DNA of 63,808 bases, filler included, from Collodictyon triciliatum (GCA_043381765.1; 49 parts of 49 records of this genome joined end to end with filler, not necessarily neighbours in it), one strand, 5' to 3'. Positions 1 to 13,272 are shown, numbered from the whole stretch's first letter. Made by a program: numbers and translations. The notes: generated by a model not told the origin, from the sequence alone.

Positions 1-33
1 AAATAAACAAAATTTTTTTTTAAAAAAATATAT

Positions 34-84
<51 letters not shown>

Positions 85-317
85 GAGAGAGAAAAGGAAA
101 GGAAAGCAGGGGTTGGTCTTTATTGTGATTCTAGAGAAGAGTATTCCTCTACCTACCCCCCCCCCCATTCGATTCAAGGTGTTATTCAGGAAAAGAGTAT
201 AATTCATTATTTTCACCTTGAAATACGATTCTTTTCTTCGCTCATTTCCCCTTCGAATCAGTTACTATATATGCTATTCATATGTTTATTCCATAAAAAT
301 AGTCAAAAATATTCTAG

Positions 318-806
318 GATGATTTCCACTCTTTACAAGGTGTAGACATATCCTCGACGGTTCAGTCTACATTTAGTATATTATGGACTAAATTCCATAT
401 TATACAACCAACGATTGCTGCCGAAGGTGTAGTCCCTGAAACACAAGTACAGGCGCCCGTTATCTCACCGGCGATTCTCTCCCCAAACGGGCGCTCAAAT
501 AGCCTCATGGATACCCACCAACGCTCAAACTCTTTGCTTGCTGTACCGGGTCGAGTTCCATCTATCGCAATATCCTCTGAACCACCGCCGCTGAACCACC
601 AAAACTCTATTCAATCAACACTTGGAATTCCGATAGCCATACCTCCCAAGCCTCTTACGCGACGGCAATCCTCTAGAAAACGGTTGTCTCAAGTGATGAT
701 GAGCATTACTGGTGAAAAATCAAACTCGGCGAGTTCGTTTTGTTTTACTAACGAAGTGTTCCGAGAGGAAGCTCTTCTTGTCATCTCAGGCGAGGACGCC
801 TTAAAG
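318..806 (+). CDS. Internal exon of an unknown Ser/Pro-rich protein
   Basis: Open frame from a TAG acceptor (ends 317) to a GTAAAG donor (807); includes the 507 ORF. No family recognised. Confidence 0.55.
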
Positions 807-1211
807 GTAAAGTTATTCAACTTGGTCAGTGGTATAACCATATGGACAGGAGGACATCTTCAACCTCGAAAACATTCACTTTGGGCGTTTAAAATTTCAT
901 CTATAATATCATCAACATATGCCAGTGTTTTGGTTAGCGTGTAATCAGCTTTAATTATAGGTTGATCAGTCTATTATGGATCATATTACCACTTATCATT
1001 ACGGGGGTCGCTCCTGTTGGTACTTTCACTCGCAGGTTCGCCATTATTTCTATCTTTTCCCAAACTTAACTCAGTGAAGTCCTTTATGGATTTTTTTTTT
1101 TTAAAAAAAAAAATATAATGAAATCAATGATTTCTATGGAAAAAAAAAATCCCCCTTCTCTTGACGGATAAGCCAAAAAAAAAAAAAAAAAAAAAAACAC
1201 AAAAAAAAAAA

Positions 1212-1311
1212 NNNNNNNNNNNNNNNNNNNNNNNNNNNNNNNNNNNNNNNNNNNNTTAATTAATTAANNNNNNNNNNNNNNNNNNNNNNNNNNNNNNNNN
1301 NNNNNNNNNNN
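1212..1311. other. Artificial contig-joining linker (first of 48)
   Basis: N-run + TTAATTAATTAA (stops in all six frames) + N-run, repeated about every 1.3 kb. The contigs between linkers are about 1.2 kb and many end in microsatellites. Confidence 0.99.
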
Positions 1312-2520
1312 TGAAAAAGTCGTCATCTTTACGATACACACCAAACAATTTGACAATATTTTCGCATTCCTTGCATTCATGCAGATACTTGCTTTCAAAA
1401 ATGAGCGATTGAATCACCTCGCTGATGGTCTGTTTTCCCATTTCTTTGATTGTTTGGATTTTCACCACAGTACTTTTTCCTTTGAATGTTGTTGTGTAAA
1501 CTCGTCCATAAGCCCCCTTTGCGAGATAACCTGACAGTTCTATTTTTTCATGAATCCATTCGTCTGTTAATTCATGGTCGATCGATTCCAGCTCAAGAAT
1601 TGCTTCAGCAGGCTGTGACTTCTTTGTCTTTTTCTCTCTCACCACAGAGGTAAATCTCTTTGAAATTCCTTTATTTTTTTAAGTATTAAATGATTTACTA
1701 GGTTTCGATAATATTTAATCAAATTATCATTAAGTTGAAAATTAACATTTTTTGAATATATTTATTATAATAAACCTTGTTCCAGATAGACGCGCCCTTG
1801 CTTTACTGCACTCGCTTCCAATTTATGGCTCTTGGTACATTTTTTCAATTCTGAGTCATCTATCTTTGCTGATGTTTGAACATAACCGTCTAATCCATGA
1901 CGTTGGCATTCGGGGCATTCATATCGATATGCTTGCACAAAATTTGGTCGAATTGATGATATTTGTTTAATGAAGGTCGAAAGAATGTCGAAAATTCTGA
2001 CGAATCTATCACCCTCATCAACCTCATTTTCGTATTTTCTAATCTTGACTGAAATACTCTTTTGGTGGATTTGATACAGAATAATCAAACCGTCTCCAGG
2101 AAGCAGTTGAATTTCATTCGTTCTTGTTTTGTACGAAGCATTCAGATGTATGAACGCCACATCTCTGAAATACTGGTCGTCATATTGAACTCCAGCTTGT
2201 GCCTCTTTTGTCAAACGAAGCGCTTGAATGACAACATTGCTTTTGTCAGAGAGTTGGACTTCACCATTGGTTATTATTTTTACAGAGGTTTCAGCAATGC
2301 AGTTTGAATCTGGTTTATCATTCCATAATGCTTTTATGCTTTGGCAATCTTCCATCAGTGAGGGAAAGGCGATGCATTCTCTGTTGAATTGAATCCCAAG
2401 GCCGAAATGGTCAAAGATTCGAAGAATTGTATTGAAAACTTGTTCATCCATTTCTGTATTCAGTTTTTGTTTGATTTGGTCTTTTAGCTTGCTCAACAAA
2501 ATGATACCGTTTGTGTCCTT
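1312..2520 (-). CDS. Roco-type protein fragment (COR domain followed by protein kinase N-lobe)
   Basis: ILRIFDHFGLG..IAFPSLM and YECPEC resemble COR. After an in-frame intron (1669-1775) come LAKGAYGRVY, VVKIQ, a helix-C Glu and NIVKLFGVY (kinase subdomains I-IV). Confidence 0.72.
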
Positions 2521-2718
2521 NNNNNNNNNNNNNNNNNNNNNNNNNNNNNNNNNNNNNNNNNNNNTTAATTAATTAANNNNNNNNNNNNNNNNNNNNNNNN
2601 NNNNNNNNNNNNNNNNNNNNTGCAAAAAAAAAAAAGAAAAAGAAGGAAAAGGAAAACTATGCGAACTCCAAAAAAAAAAAACCCAAAAATCCTTATGCTG
2701 ATGCAGCAGCAACATTTA

Positions 2719-2779
<61 letters not shown>

Positions 2780-2849
2780 TTCAACCATGAATCAGATGAA
2801 TCCGAACCCAATCGAATAAAAGCAAAAGCGAAGCGAAGAGTGGTGCGGG

Positions 2850-3084
2850 AGCAAGCGAAGAGATGTGGGAATGTGCCGTGCGATATCTCCCACAGCATAT
2901 CCAACCCCTGCTACCCACGCAACTAAACAACCAGTTGGGCCACCCGACCAACTCGTTATCACTGACTTCTTTCCAGTGCTAGCCTATCCACGGTAGTCTT
3001 CTCGTGTTTGCTCTCTACCGTGCGCACCTATCTTGCCCCTTGTACGCCGCGACCTGTTGTGATTTGAATCTAATAAAGGAAAAT
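2850..3084 (+). mobile_element. Diverged 3' end of a non-LTR retroelement (longest copy of the tail family; 5' boundary approximate)
   Basis: 2980-3084 aligns by eye with the reverse complement of 34934-35051 and with 48828-48913. It ends TTTGAATCTAATAAAGGAAAA. Confidence 0.7.
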
Positions 3085-5433
3085 AAGATAAAATGTCTGG
3101 TGTAATCCAGCATATCGTCATCGAAAATTGTGTATGGTTGAAGAATGTTGGGTTGGAGATAAAAGAGCCATTAATTACCTTTATGAAAAAAGGGCCAACA
3201 TGGCTCCAAAAAGAGGCTTTGTTTCTGAGCGCCGTTTATGCTGGATCAAAATATCTCTGGATGAGCTGAAAGCAGTGGCAGTCTCGAGAGTTCGCCACAG
3301 AATCTCGCTTCAGTGTCACATGCATATGAGATGATATTCCATATAAATGGTTGTACTTAATAGAGTTGTCCCCGTTCTTAGAGAGAATACGTTATTGGGT
3401 GATAATGATAGGTTTTATTTTCATGACTCAACGTATTCATAGGTCTGCATTTGCGATATTAACAAAAGCAGAGCGATGATTTAGAGGAAGATTTATAAAT
3501 TCAACAATGGTCCAATCAGAAAATCAAAAAAAATTAAAACATATCAAAAACAGTCAAAAACAATCAAACACAATCAAAAATAGTGTTCAACATAAAAAAA
3601 CTATGAAAACCAATGAACGAAATAAGTATGTGTTATTGAAAGAATGACACATATGTCTCCAATGAGGAAAAAAAAGTTGGCCATCTTCTGGTTGAATTAT
3701 TTATTTGATTTGATTTGATTTGATTTGATTTGATTTGATTTGATTTGATTTGATTTGATTTGATTTGATTTGATTTGATTTGATTTGATTTGATTTGATT
3801 TGATTTGATTTGATTTGATTTGATTTGATTTNNNNNNNNNNNNNNNNNNNNNNNNNNNNNNNNNNNNNNNNNNNNTTAATTAATTAANNNNNNNNNNNNN
3901 NNNNNNNNNNNNNNNNNNNNNNNNNNNNNNNTTTCTTTTCTTTTCTTTTCTTTTCTTTTCTTTTCTTTTCTTTTCTTTTCTTTTCTTTTCTTTTCTTTTC
4001 TTTTTTGTCCGAAATTATCTGATCCTCAGAACAAATCCACCAAAAAAAAACTGGTAAAAGACAATATGAAGTCTCTTTTACCCAGCAAGAACCTAGCGAA
4101 GCCCTGTGTCCCCAGGCGCATCCTGAACCCACCGCAAGCCGAACTGGAGAACCTGGAGGAATAAATTCAGTTGATTGAACCCCACCAAACAACACAAGCA
4201 GGCTTTTCATAGAAGAGATAAAGTAGAAATAAGAATAAAAAAGGATACGCTTTGATGGCCTGTCTGAAAGGCCGTCGAGCATGACCAGAAGGTTAGGTCT
4301 TTTTAGCTGCGTTTTGGGTCTGAGGCGCGACAGAAGGATGCTGATCGCTGGTCGGAATCCAGAACAACACAGGACTAAACCAGAAACACGGCACCGAAAG
4401 CCTGACAAATTGTTCGCTTATGGTTTTTGTTGACATGTATGGTATAATCCTACTTGGTATCAATAAACAGAATCTGGTCGAAGGAACAAGAACCCTGTTG
4501 TCCTCGCACACGGCCACAACGGAGCGATGAATTGGTGATAGTATCGCAAGAAAATTCAAAACAGACACGGTGTAGGACTATATCAATTAAAATCATACAC
4601 AATGGCTTAACGAGAGGTTATGTAATTGGCAGGTACTCAATTCAACAAAAATTACGTATTTGATTTATTTTCCACAAATGAATTAGCATCACTTTTCCTG
4701 GAAGACTTTGTCACTACCAGCTCCAGAGCTGAGAAACGTGCAGCGAAACGGAGGACATGACCCGTGCTTCCCTTTTTCTTTTCCCTTTTCTTTTCCCTTT
4801 TCTTTTCCCTTTTCTTTTCCCTTTTCTCTTTCATTCTATCTATTTGCCTGCCGAGCAGAATTGCGCTTAGTTGAGTGTCGCCGAAAGAAACTGGGATGGA
4901 ATGATGAAGTATACAACTGAATATGTGACTTTGGGCCTGCTCTTGGAGGCTAGGAGCGAGTTCTGATCCCTCTTTCTCCCTTTTTCCCTCTTTCCCTCTT
5001 TCCCTCTTTCCCTTTCTCCCTTTCTCCCTTTTCCCTTTTTCCCTTTTTCCCTTTTTCCCTTTTTTTTTTTTTTTTCCCCTCTTCCTTCTCATTTTTCATT
5101 TCCATTTTATTTTTTTTCTCCTGGGTCCGCGCACCCTTGTNNNNNNNNNNNNNNNNNNNNNNNNNNNNNNNNNNNNNNNNNNNNTTAATTAATTAANNNN
5201 NNNNNNNNNNNNNNNNNNNNNNNNNNNNNNNNNNNNNNNNAAAATAAAATAAAATAAATATATGATAATGATAAAGAACTCAAATGAAAAAGAAAAATAA
5301 ATATTTGTGCGGCACTTCCATTTATTTGTCTTGCGACTCACCATATCCGCATAAAAAGATAGCGGTAGATGATATAAAGAAACAAGAGAGAAAAGGAAAA
5401 AAAAAGAAAAAAAAAGGGGGTCGGTGGACTTGT

Positions 5434-6449
5434 TTATGATAAGTCGTTGACAATTTGCGCTACAAGTCCGATGAACCCTCCTGCCGGGTAGAAGAAAGGT
5501 AGGCGATGTTAAGCGGGAAGTTTCGATTTTATAATTGAAGTATGTATAAAGAAGTATTCCCAAAATAAATAAAAAATAATAATAATATTGCTCCGAATAC
5601 TGATCAGGTATATTAACAAATAGTATATGTCTTATTTACCGAAGACATTCCCCCAGACAATCAGCCAGCCGAGGTGGTCTCGTATCACCTTCTCAATAAG
5701 CTATGCGCAGAACATCAAAATATGATTGATTAAAAAGGTTATTTTCAATCAAACCGAAACTTGATGCGGCCTCATTATGGATGCATCGGTATTAGTTTAA
5801 CCAAAAAAAAAAATATATGAGAGAAATAAAATCTGTAAAGGAACCTTTTTGACAATCTCTGGCGTCAACTCTTCGAGTTTTGTTGTCATCAGCGCATCCA
5901 ACTCAGTTCGAACACGTTCAATGCTGACCATGGACGAGAAGTCCAGTTTCTCCAATAGCTATGTATGCATGTATTTGATGTGATTTATTTTGGGGTGGTC
6001 TCATGGGCATTCACCATTGTTGTTGTGACGAGCAGAATATCAAATAATTATAAAAGGAGCAGAGTAAGGTTATCATATTCACGGTGATGGTCATAAATGT
6101 ATTCGTGTTACGATGGGCGCCGCACTGGTTCCCATATTGACGAGAAATGGTTTGATCAGCGGCTTTATTTGAATTGGAGATATCCCCATCATAGCAAACA
6201 TCATTCCTTTCATAGGTAATTTGAACAAAAAATTGTATGTTAAGATGATATTACGAATATATTTGTTTTTAGCCAACTTGGAATTGTGGTATATGAATGT
6301 ATTATTCTTATTCTTATTCATTTTTTGTGCCAGTTGATAGTTCAAATTCACTATTCACCTTCGGGCTTTGTTGAAAGTGCATTCAACTCTGAAGTGAGCA
6401 GCTCGTCAACTTTGGGTGACTCTAGCATCTCCTTGAATTTCCCAGCTAA
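5434..6449 (-). CDS. DUF445-family membrane protein, 3' part, spliced
   Basis: Exons read ..ELDALMTTKLEELTPEIVKK / LIEKVIRDHLGWLIVWGNVF / GGFIGLVAQIVNDLS*, which matches the DUF445 C-terminal motif HLGWLVVWGxVFGG. Introns are GT-AG. Confidence 0.85.
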
Positions 6450-6549
6450 NNNNNNNNNNNNNNNNNNNNNNNNNNNNNNNNNNNNNNNNNNNNTTAATTA
6501 ATTAANNNNNNNNNNNNNNNNNNNNNNNNNNNNNNNNNNNNNNNNNNNN

Positions 6550-6624
<75 letters not shown>

Positions 6625-7858
6625 TAATAACAATAATAACAATAATAAATCATGATGAAAAGGTATATATACGACGGGAAAATAAAAAAAATAGTGTTTT
6701 TACAGAAGGATCGGTAATTTGTTGGTCATGTTTCGATGTCCTGGAAGAATAGATTGGTTTACAGAAGTAAAATAATAACAAGAAAATAAATATTCTATTG
6801 AAGCCCAATATTCTCCTGTCAAGTTTTATTTCAATTAATAACATCCTTACAATTCTTTTTCGCTCTGGTCCGCGAGAGGTGTTCTTGATAGGGGCTGCCC
6901 TTCCAGTAATGGAGAAGCATGGGTAGTAGGCATTGAAGTATTAAGCGACGTTCTTCTTATCTGAGCATTATACAATCCGATATCGTCATAAATGTTACGA
7001 TGGAAAAAAAGAAGGCAAAGTATGTTAGTCCTGTACTTCTTGTATATGACAGGATAAACACACTACATGTTTAATGTAAATTAATCAATTAGTCTAAGAC
7101 ACCTTTCTAGGTGCGTCGTTTTCATTGATGCTGCTGTCGTGGGGTACTTGCCCTTCATTGTCTGATTTCTCCCTTTCCTTTCATATATGAGGGTTGGCGA
7201 TCGTAAGAAACGACATTATGATTCACATGACATAAAACATACTCTTGGTTCCTTCTTTAAAGCTAACGGAAGTTTTCTGAGGGCTGCTCGGGATTCACTC
7301 TCTTTTTGTGCGTGGATCTAAATGAAAAATTACATGGTTCAGGTATCTACATCTTTTGTTAGATCGCTGCAGTGTCAAGGGCAGCGGAAAAAAAAATGCA
7401 CGAAGGAAACAGAGAGAAAGTCCAAGATTTAACCACGTTTGTTTACAGGTATTTTCTTAAAAATACATTATGTTCAATAATTACTCACATGTGTCTCGTC
7501 TGAGGTTTTCTTGGTATCTCGGTTGAAATCGATCGTCTCTGAAGTGAGTTGTTCGGATTGCTGCTAGTAGCAAATTATGCATAAAGTTTTCAAATTTGAG
7601 CAATATTTAGGCTGCAAAATCCAGAGTAATAGTAATCCTAATAATCCCAATAATACTAATAACATAAAGTAACATAAAGTAACATAAAGTAACATAAAGT
7701 AACATAAAGTAACATAAAGTAACATAAAGTAACATAAAGTAACATAAAGTAACATAAANNNNNNNNNNNNNNNNNNNNNNNNNNNNNNNNNNNNNNNNNN
7801 NNTTAATTAATTAANNNNNNNNNNNNNNNNNNNNNNNNNNNNNNNNNNNNNNNNNNNN

Positions 7859-7917
<59 letters not shown>

Positions 7918-8792
7918 GGGGATAGGTATGATTTTCACAATATTTCAGTCCTTATTTTCATTTATAATATAATTATACATTTACAATTTTATTATATATA
8001 TGAGTTAAGTAAATTTTTACAGGCCGTGAGTCCTTTTCGTTGCCCAGCAAAAGGTTGTCAGCTTGTATAATAAAGTTTAAAAAAAAAGGTTGGTAAAGAA
8101 AACCATTCACCCTCATCGGTTCTACTTTTAACAGAAAATAGTTAAATCTACGATGATTCCATGTTTCAAGCCAAAACTAACAGCATATGCAATTAAACAC
8201 AATATTTCAAAAAAATAATGATATTGAAAGAAAAGGCGGTATGCTTTAATTGTTAAATATATTCAAATAAAATTATGCATAAAATGATGCAAGATGGAAA
8301 CCTTTCCTGTACGTCCAGTAATCATATGTATGGTCTACTATGGCATACCTTCTCACGACGTCATCAGGATTGTAATTAAATCTAAACAAATATAATGAAC
8401 GATTATCATATGTTTATATATCAGGCATTTAGGACATACATATGAAGAAAAAAAAGAAGGTTATGCGTCTTCTATTATATCTAATATTATCTATTGAAGT
8501 GTTTCTCAATCCATCCGTATCATTTTTCATACCCATCACCTATAATTCTGGTAACTAAAAAGCAGTACACTATTTTGTTTTGTTTTGTTTCTATCATCAG
8601 CGACTATAATTTTTGATACACAGCCAAACAGTGGAAGCAAAACAAAAAAAACCCTTTCGTTCGTGCGATTTCTGCTCATCAATTAATAGAAAAAAAAGAC
8701 TACTCAAGTGTGTTTTGCTTGTGTTGAGAGTGCTCATATCCACCCTCCTTCTCGCGTGTATGTTGATTATTATAGGCTTTTCTGTCGACCTG

Positions 8793-8834
8793 TGATATTT
8801 ATTTATTCTAGATATATAGAATAAATAAATATCA
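8793..8834. repeat. Perfect 18-bp inverted repeat (hairpin, 6-nt loop)
   Basis: TGATATTTATTTATTCTA-GATATA-TAGAATAAATAAATATCA. Confidence 0.95.
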
Positions 8835-8896
8835 GATTATTTCATCCTCAATTGTTTTCTGCGTTTTTTTACCTATTATTATATCTTATTCAATAT

Positions 8897-9067
8897 ATGG
8901 ATAAAGAATTAATAATATTGGACAAGTATTACAATGCACCCAAGCATACAAATTCAGTTGCCGGACTCTGGGCGCTCGTAAAAGAATTTGGAATTAAAAA
9001 AAAGACTGTCGAGGAATTTCTCAAACAACAACCCGACTACCAAACTCTCCAAGCAAGAAAGTCTGAA
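8897..9067 (+). CDS. N-terminus of a Polinton/Maverick-type retroviral-like integrase (cut by contig end)
   Basis: MDKELIILDKYYNAPKHTNSVAGLWALVKEFGIKKKTVEEFLKQQPDYQ fits the Polinton integrase N-terminal pattern L..YY.P.......L......I....V..[FW]L..Q..Y. The DDE core is not in the contig. Confidence 0.65.
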
Positions 9068-9438
9068 NNNNNNNNNNNNNNNNNNNNNNNNNNNNNNNNN
9101 NNNNNNNNNNNTTAATTAATTAANNNNNNNNNNNNNNNNNNNNNNNNNNNNNNNNNNNNNNNNNNNNATACATACATACATACATACATACATACATACA
9201 TACATACATACATACATACATACATACATACATACATACATACATACATACATACATACATACATACATACATACATACATACATACACTCGAAATTATA
9301 ACTGGGTAAGAAATCACGACACATGTTGTGTATTTTTTTTTAAAAAAAAGATCATGAACCTAATAATGGTTTCCATAAGAAATCGAAATCAACTTGTTCG
9401 GATTATTCCGGTATTTTATGTTAATATCGGTCCTGGAT

Positions 9439-10324
9439 TCAACCGTATAACAAGCGTAATGCTATATCCTTATACTTTTCAATATCAGAAAGTAAATCAT
9501 TGATATTCATGTACTCATTCTCGCTATGGGCAACTAGAATAGAACCGGGTCCATAGAGATATTTCTGAATTGAAAGAAAATTAATAACAGAATATAATAA
9601 GAAAATTGTTATGGTTTTGATGTAAATACCAGAGCGTTGAAATGTACATATGGAATGTCGGTTCCATATGACATTATACCAGATGGGTAATCGCGTAGCA
9701 CATTACAAGAAATAGGTTCATTTCTATTTACCAATTCAACACTGCCCCTTTTAAATGAATTTGGAGATTATAGTTAAAAATAATCAACTATATACAAAGT
9801 ATTATGATCACTCTAAATAATTATATATATACCCTATCTGACATTTTAATAAAGAATCCTTATTAAACTTATGATTTTCTTATTTATTAAATACCTAGTG
9901 TTGACAATATGAAGTACTCTGTCCAATATTTCTGTTGTTGAAGTCGTTATTCTGATCATAATATTAGCAGACGCATAGTCAGGAATTACATTGCTTGCAA
10001 CTCCTGCTACAATCTTACCAATGTTAAGCGTTGTAGGGCCAAAGAAAGGATCTATCGGCCATTCCTGAATGTATTGAAAATAATATTAAAAAGTGTCTTT
10101 TATTTTCCAAAAGGAAATTTCTTTTTACTATCTAGATATTTTCACCACATTCATTCACATATACAACAATATATATAAAAGCACCATTTTAAAATAGAAA
10201 GACAACCTCGTTCTCCAAGTCCTGCAATATATCCAGCATCGGAGATATGGCTGAAATACCAGACTCTGGATAACCCGAATGACCAGCCACGCCTGTGGTA
10301 TTTAAGACAAAAGACAATACGCCC
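9439..10324 (-). CDS. M20A-family metallopeptidase (ArgE/DapE-like), 3' part, spliced
   Basis: Exons contain GVAGHSGYPESG, TTLNIGKIVAGVASNVIPDYASA, YGTDIP and YGPGSILVAHSENE; ends LLYG-TGA. Confidence 0.9.
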
Positions 10325-10476
10325 TAATAAAATGCAGAGTCGTTTGAAACTATCTGATTGTTTTTACTTTATTGACNNNNNNNNNNNNNNNNNNNNNNNN
10401 NNNNNNNNNNNNNNNNNNNNTTAATTAATTAANNNNNNNNNNNNNNNNNNNNNNNNNNNNNNNNNNNNNNNNNNNN

Positions 10477-10718
10477 TGCTGGCTGCCGATGCGGCTGCGA
10501 GCTCTGTGGCGCGGCTGCTGCTCGTGTGCATCGTCCTTGCGGCAAAGGCCCACCTGGACAACACAGTCACCTCCGCCCTCTTTGCCCGCCTTGCTCGCGT
10601 CCCTGCACCGTGGCTCGCCCGAGCAGAGTACGCCGTGTGGGGCGCCCTCTCCTTCCACTGCCTCGTGTCCCCGGCCGAGTATGCCGCTGCGGCAAAGGAG
10701 CTCGCCCTCCCCATCTAA
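10477..10718 (+). CDS. PHO80/cyclin-U-like cyclin, C-terminal part
   Basis: VARLLLVCIVLAAKAHLD..FARLARV..LARAEYAVWGALSFHCLVS matches the PHO80-like cyclin box. The coding DNA is GC-rich. Confidence 0.75.
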
Positions 10719-12080
10719 GGCCTTCTGCTTCCTCTTCCTCTTCCTCTTCCCCATCAGATATTGTCCTCTCCATACTTGGTGTACTGTACTTGCCTTAAGT
10801 TTAGTTCTCTTTCCTTAGTTACAAGTTTCTGGGTGCTTTATAAATTATGATTTTAGAAACAGTGAGTTAGTGTCTGTGTCTGGGCGTGTTGTGGTTTAGA
10901 CTGAGAGTGATGTGTAATTTCCACAAATGTAGATATTCGTTATTGTTTGTCCTGGTACAGAAGCCGGATGCAGCTTCATATTTTCATCAACGACACGAAT
11001 GATCTTGTACAGCTTCGAGAAAGGAGGGCAAACATGGCGGAAGATCGCGTAGGAAGGGTCGTTTGTCAGCCTCTTTTGTCTTTTCTTTTCTTTTCTTTTC
11101 TTTCCTTTTCTTTTCTTTCCTTTTCTTTTCCCTTCCTCCAATGTTTGTTTCTTGATATTTGTTTTCGTTTTTCGTTGTGTTTGTGTTTATTTTTCGTTTT
11201 ATTTATGACCGCCTTTGAATGCTACTCTAAGAAGAATGAACACCTAGAGTCATGAATATGAGTCTGGCCCTCATCACTCTTCCTTTTTTCTTTCTTTCAT
11301 TTTTTTGTTTGATTGTTTCTTATTGTTTGTTTGAGTGTTGTATTTCTCTTTTATTCATCTCTCCAAAAGCAAAATGTATTTACCTTTACAGTTTCTCGAA
11401 TACTCTAAGGACTGCCCTGCAAGCTTTCTTCTCTACTTTATCATTTTCGATCCTCTTACTTAACTACCCACCAGTTTTTCTTTGTTAGTGCTTTTTTTTT
11501 TTTGTTTCTTCTTGTTTGGTATATTTGGGGTACTATCCCGAGTTGAATGCAACATCTCCCCTGAAGTGCTTTAAGATACTCTCTAAAACAAAAAGTAACA
11601 AGGAACTAAAAGCTAAAAACAAAACAAGACAAAAATTATATAAATCACAAAAACAGCAACAAAAACAACAAAAAAACAGCAAAANNNNNNNNNNNNNNNN
11701 NNNNNNNNNNNNNNNNNNNNNNNNNNNNTTAATTAATTAANNNNNNNNNNNNNNNNNNNNNNNNNNNNNNNNNNNNNNNNNNNNTTTTCTCTTTTTCTCT
11801 TTTTCTCTTTTTCTCTTTTTCTCTTTTTCTCTTTTTCTCTTTTTCTCTTTTTCTCTTTTTCTCTTTTTCTCTTTTTCTCTTTTGTCTTTTGTCTTTTTGT
11901 CTTTTTGTCTTTTTGTCTTTTTGTTTTTTTGTTTTTTTGTCTTCCGTTTCCTTTTCTTTTCTTTTCTTTATATTATGTTTATATTTCTCTCCCTGCTTCA
12001 GTCTCACATCTAGATATACCTTACTCTAATTCGAAATTTTCTTTATGTTACCATTCAATCTTATGGGATGCAACATGCAG

Positions 12081-12842
12081 GTTTCAAATTTCAAGCAAGA
12101 AATTCTGAATTCAAGCTTAGTTGCGATAGACGGCAATTTTCCCTTTGAGGCCACTATTGATATAGTTAACTTTGCATACGCCAACAGAATTCCAGGTAAC
12201 ACATTTTCTTTTTTTTTTCTTTTTTTTTTTTATCATCGTCTCATCGGCATTCTTCAATGTTTTATTCATGTAGGATGCTATATTATAAGAACAGGAAGTC
12301 ACATCCAATATATTTTGAAAACAGTAATTAGAAAGAATGGAGCTGAAATCTCTTTTACTTTCCTTTTTTCTTTTATGTTTTTCTTCATAGTTCTTTATGA
12401 GCCCACATCAGTCCCACTCTCTACGAAGGTCATCGAGGGCGGTGTTTTCAATAAGATATCATATATAACCCCCGCAGAGAGAGAATTGGAGGCAATGTGC
12501 CTGGCCCTCGGGCACAAGCCAGACCTTCTCCAGGCTAACGGAGAAATTAGTAATGCTTTCATGAAGATATTCGCGTGTAAACCCTCCTCCCAAAAAACTT
12601 TTGTTCAAGGCCAGCGAGTTTAATTTCTATCGTTAGTATCTATTTGAACCTTAACTAATCAATATGTGGTATTTTGTTGCCTTCTAATAGATGTTGGTGG
12701 GACTAAAGATGCTATTTCGGTCATCCTTCAACATGGCCCTAAGATGGTTCTTTCAAAGTTCGGACCTCATGGGGTTCTCGCTGGATTTAAAAATGAGGAT
12801 GGAACTACAACGTTCTTGCAACAAGAAGCCATTCAGGCCAAG
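12081..12842 (+). CDS. PfkB-family carbohydrate kinase (pseudouridine kinase-like), internal exons
   Basis: LVAIDGNF, LYEPTSVP, ISYITPAERELEAM and VLSKFGPHGVL motifs, separated by GT-AG introns. Confidence 0.8.
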
Positions 12843-12905
12843 GTATAGATGTAACCCACACTTAATAACATCGCATGAGCTCTAGTTTGATTTTATCTTC
12901 CATTG

Positions 12906-12992
<87 letters not shown>

Positions 12993-13272
12993 NNNNNNNN
13001 NNNNNNNNNNNNNNNNNNNNNNNNNNNNNNNNNNNNTTAATTAATTAANNNNNNNNNNNNNNNNNNNNNNNNNNNNNNNNNNNNNNNNNNNNAGAAAAAG
13101 AAAAAGAAAAAGAAAAAGAAAAAGAAAAAGAAAAAGAAAAAGAAAAAGAAAAAGAAAAAGAAAAAGAAAAAGAAAAAGAAAAAGAAAAGAAAAAAAAAAG
13201 AAAAACTGTTTTGCCTAAAAATTGTTTATTTTTATGGAGAGGTCAATTTATAGAACAATTTTAAATCATTAG

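Noticed and set aside
167-182. ATTCGATTCAAGGTG as another tail copy
   Set aside because: It matches part of the core but lacks the AATAAAGG(A)n end and a convincing TSD.
1256-1267. Regularly spaced TTAATTAATTAA repeat resembling a CRISPR-like or biological array
   Set aside because: It is always embedded in N-runs of fixed total length, so it is an artificial joiner. ORFs ending in X..LIN are artefacts.
8699-8704. ACTACT as a Polinton terminus near the integrase
   Set aside because: Only 6 bp, in the wrong orientation for a left end, and no TIR or TSD can be verified.
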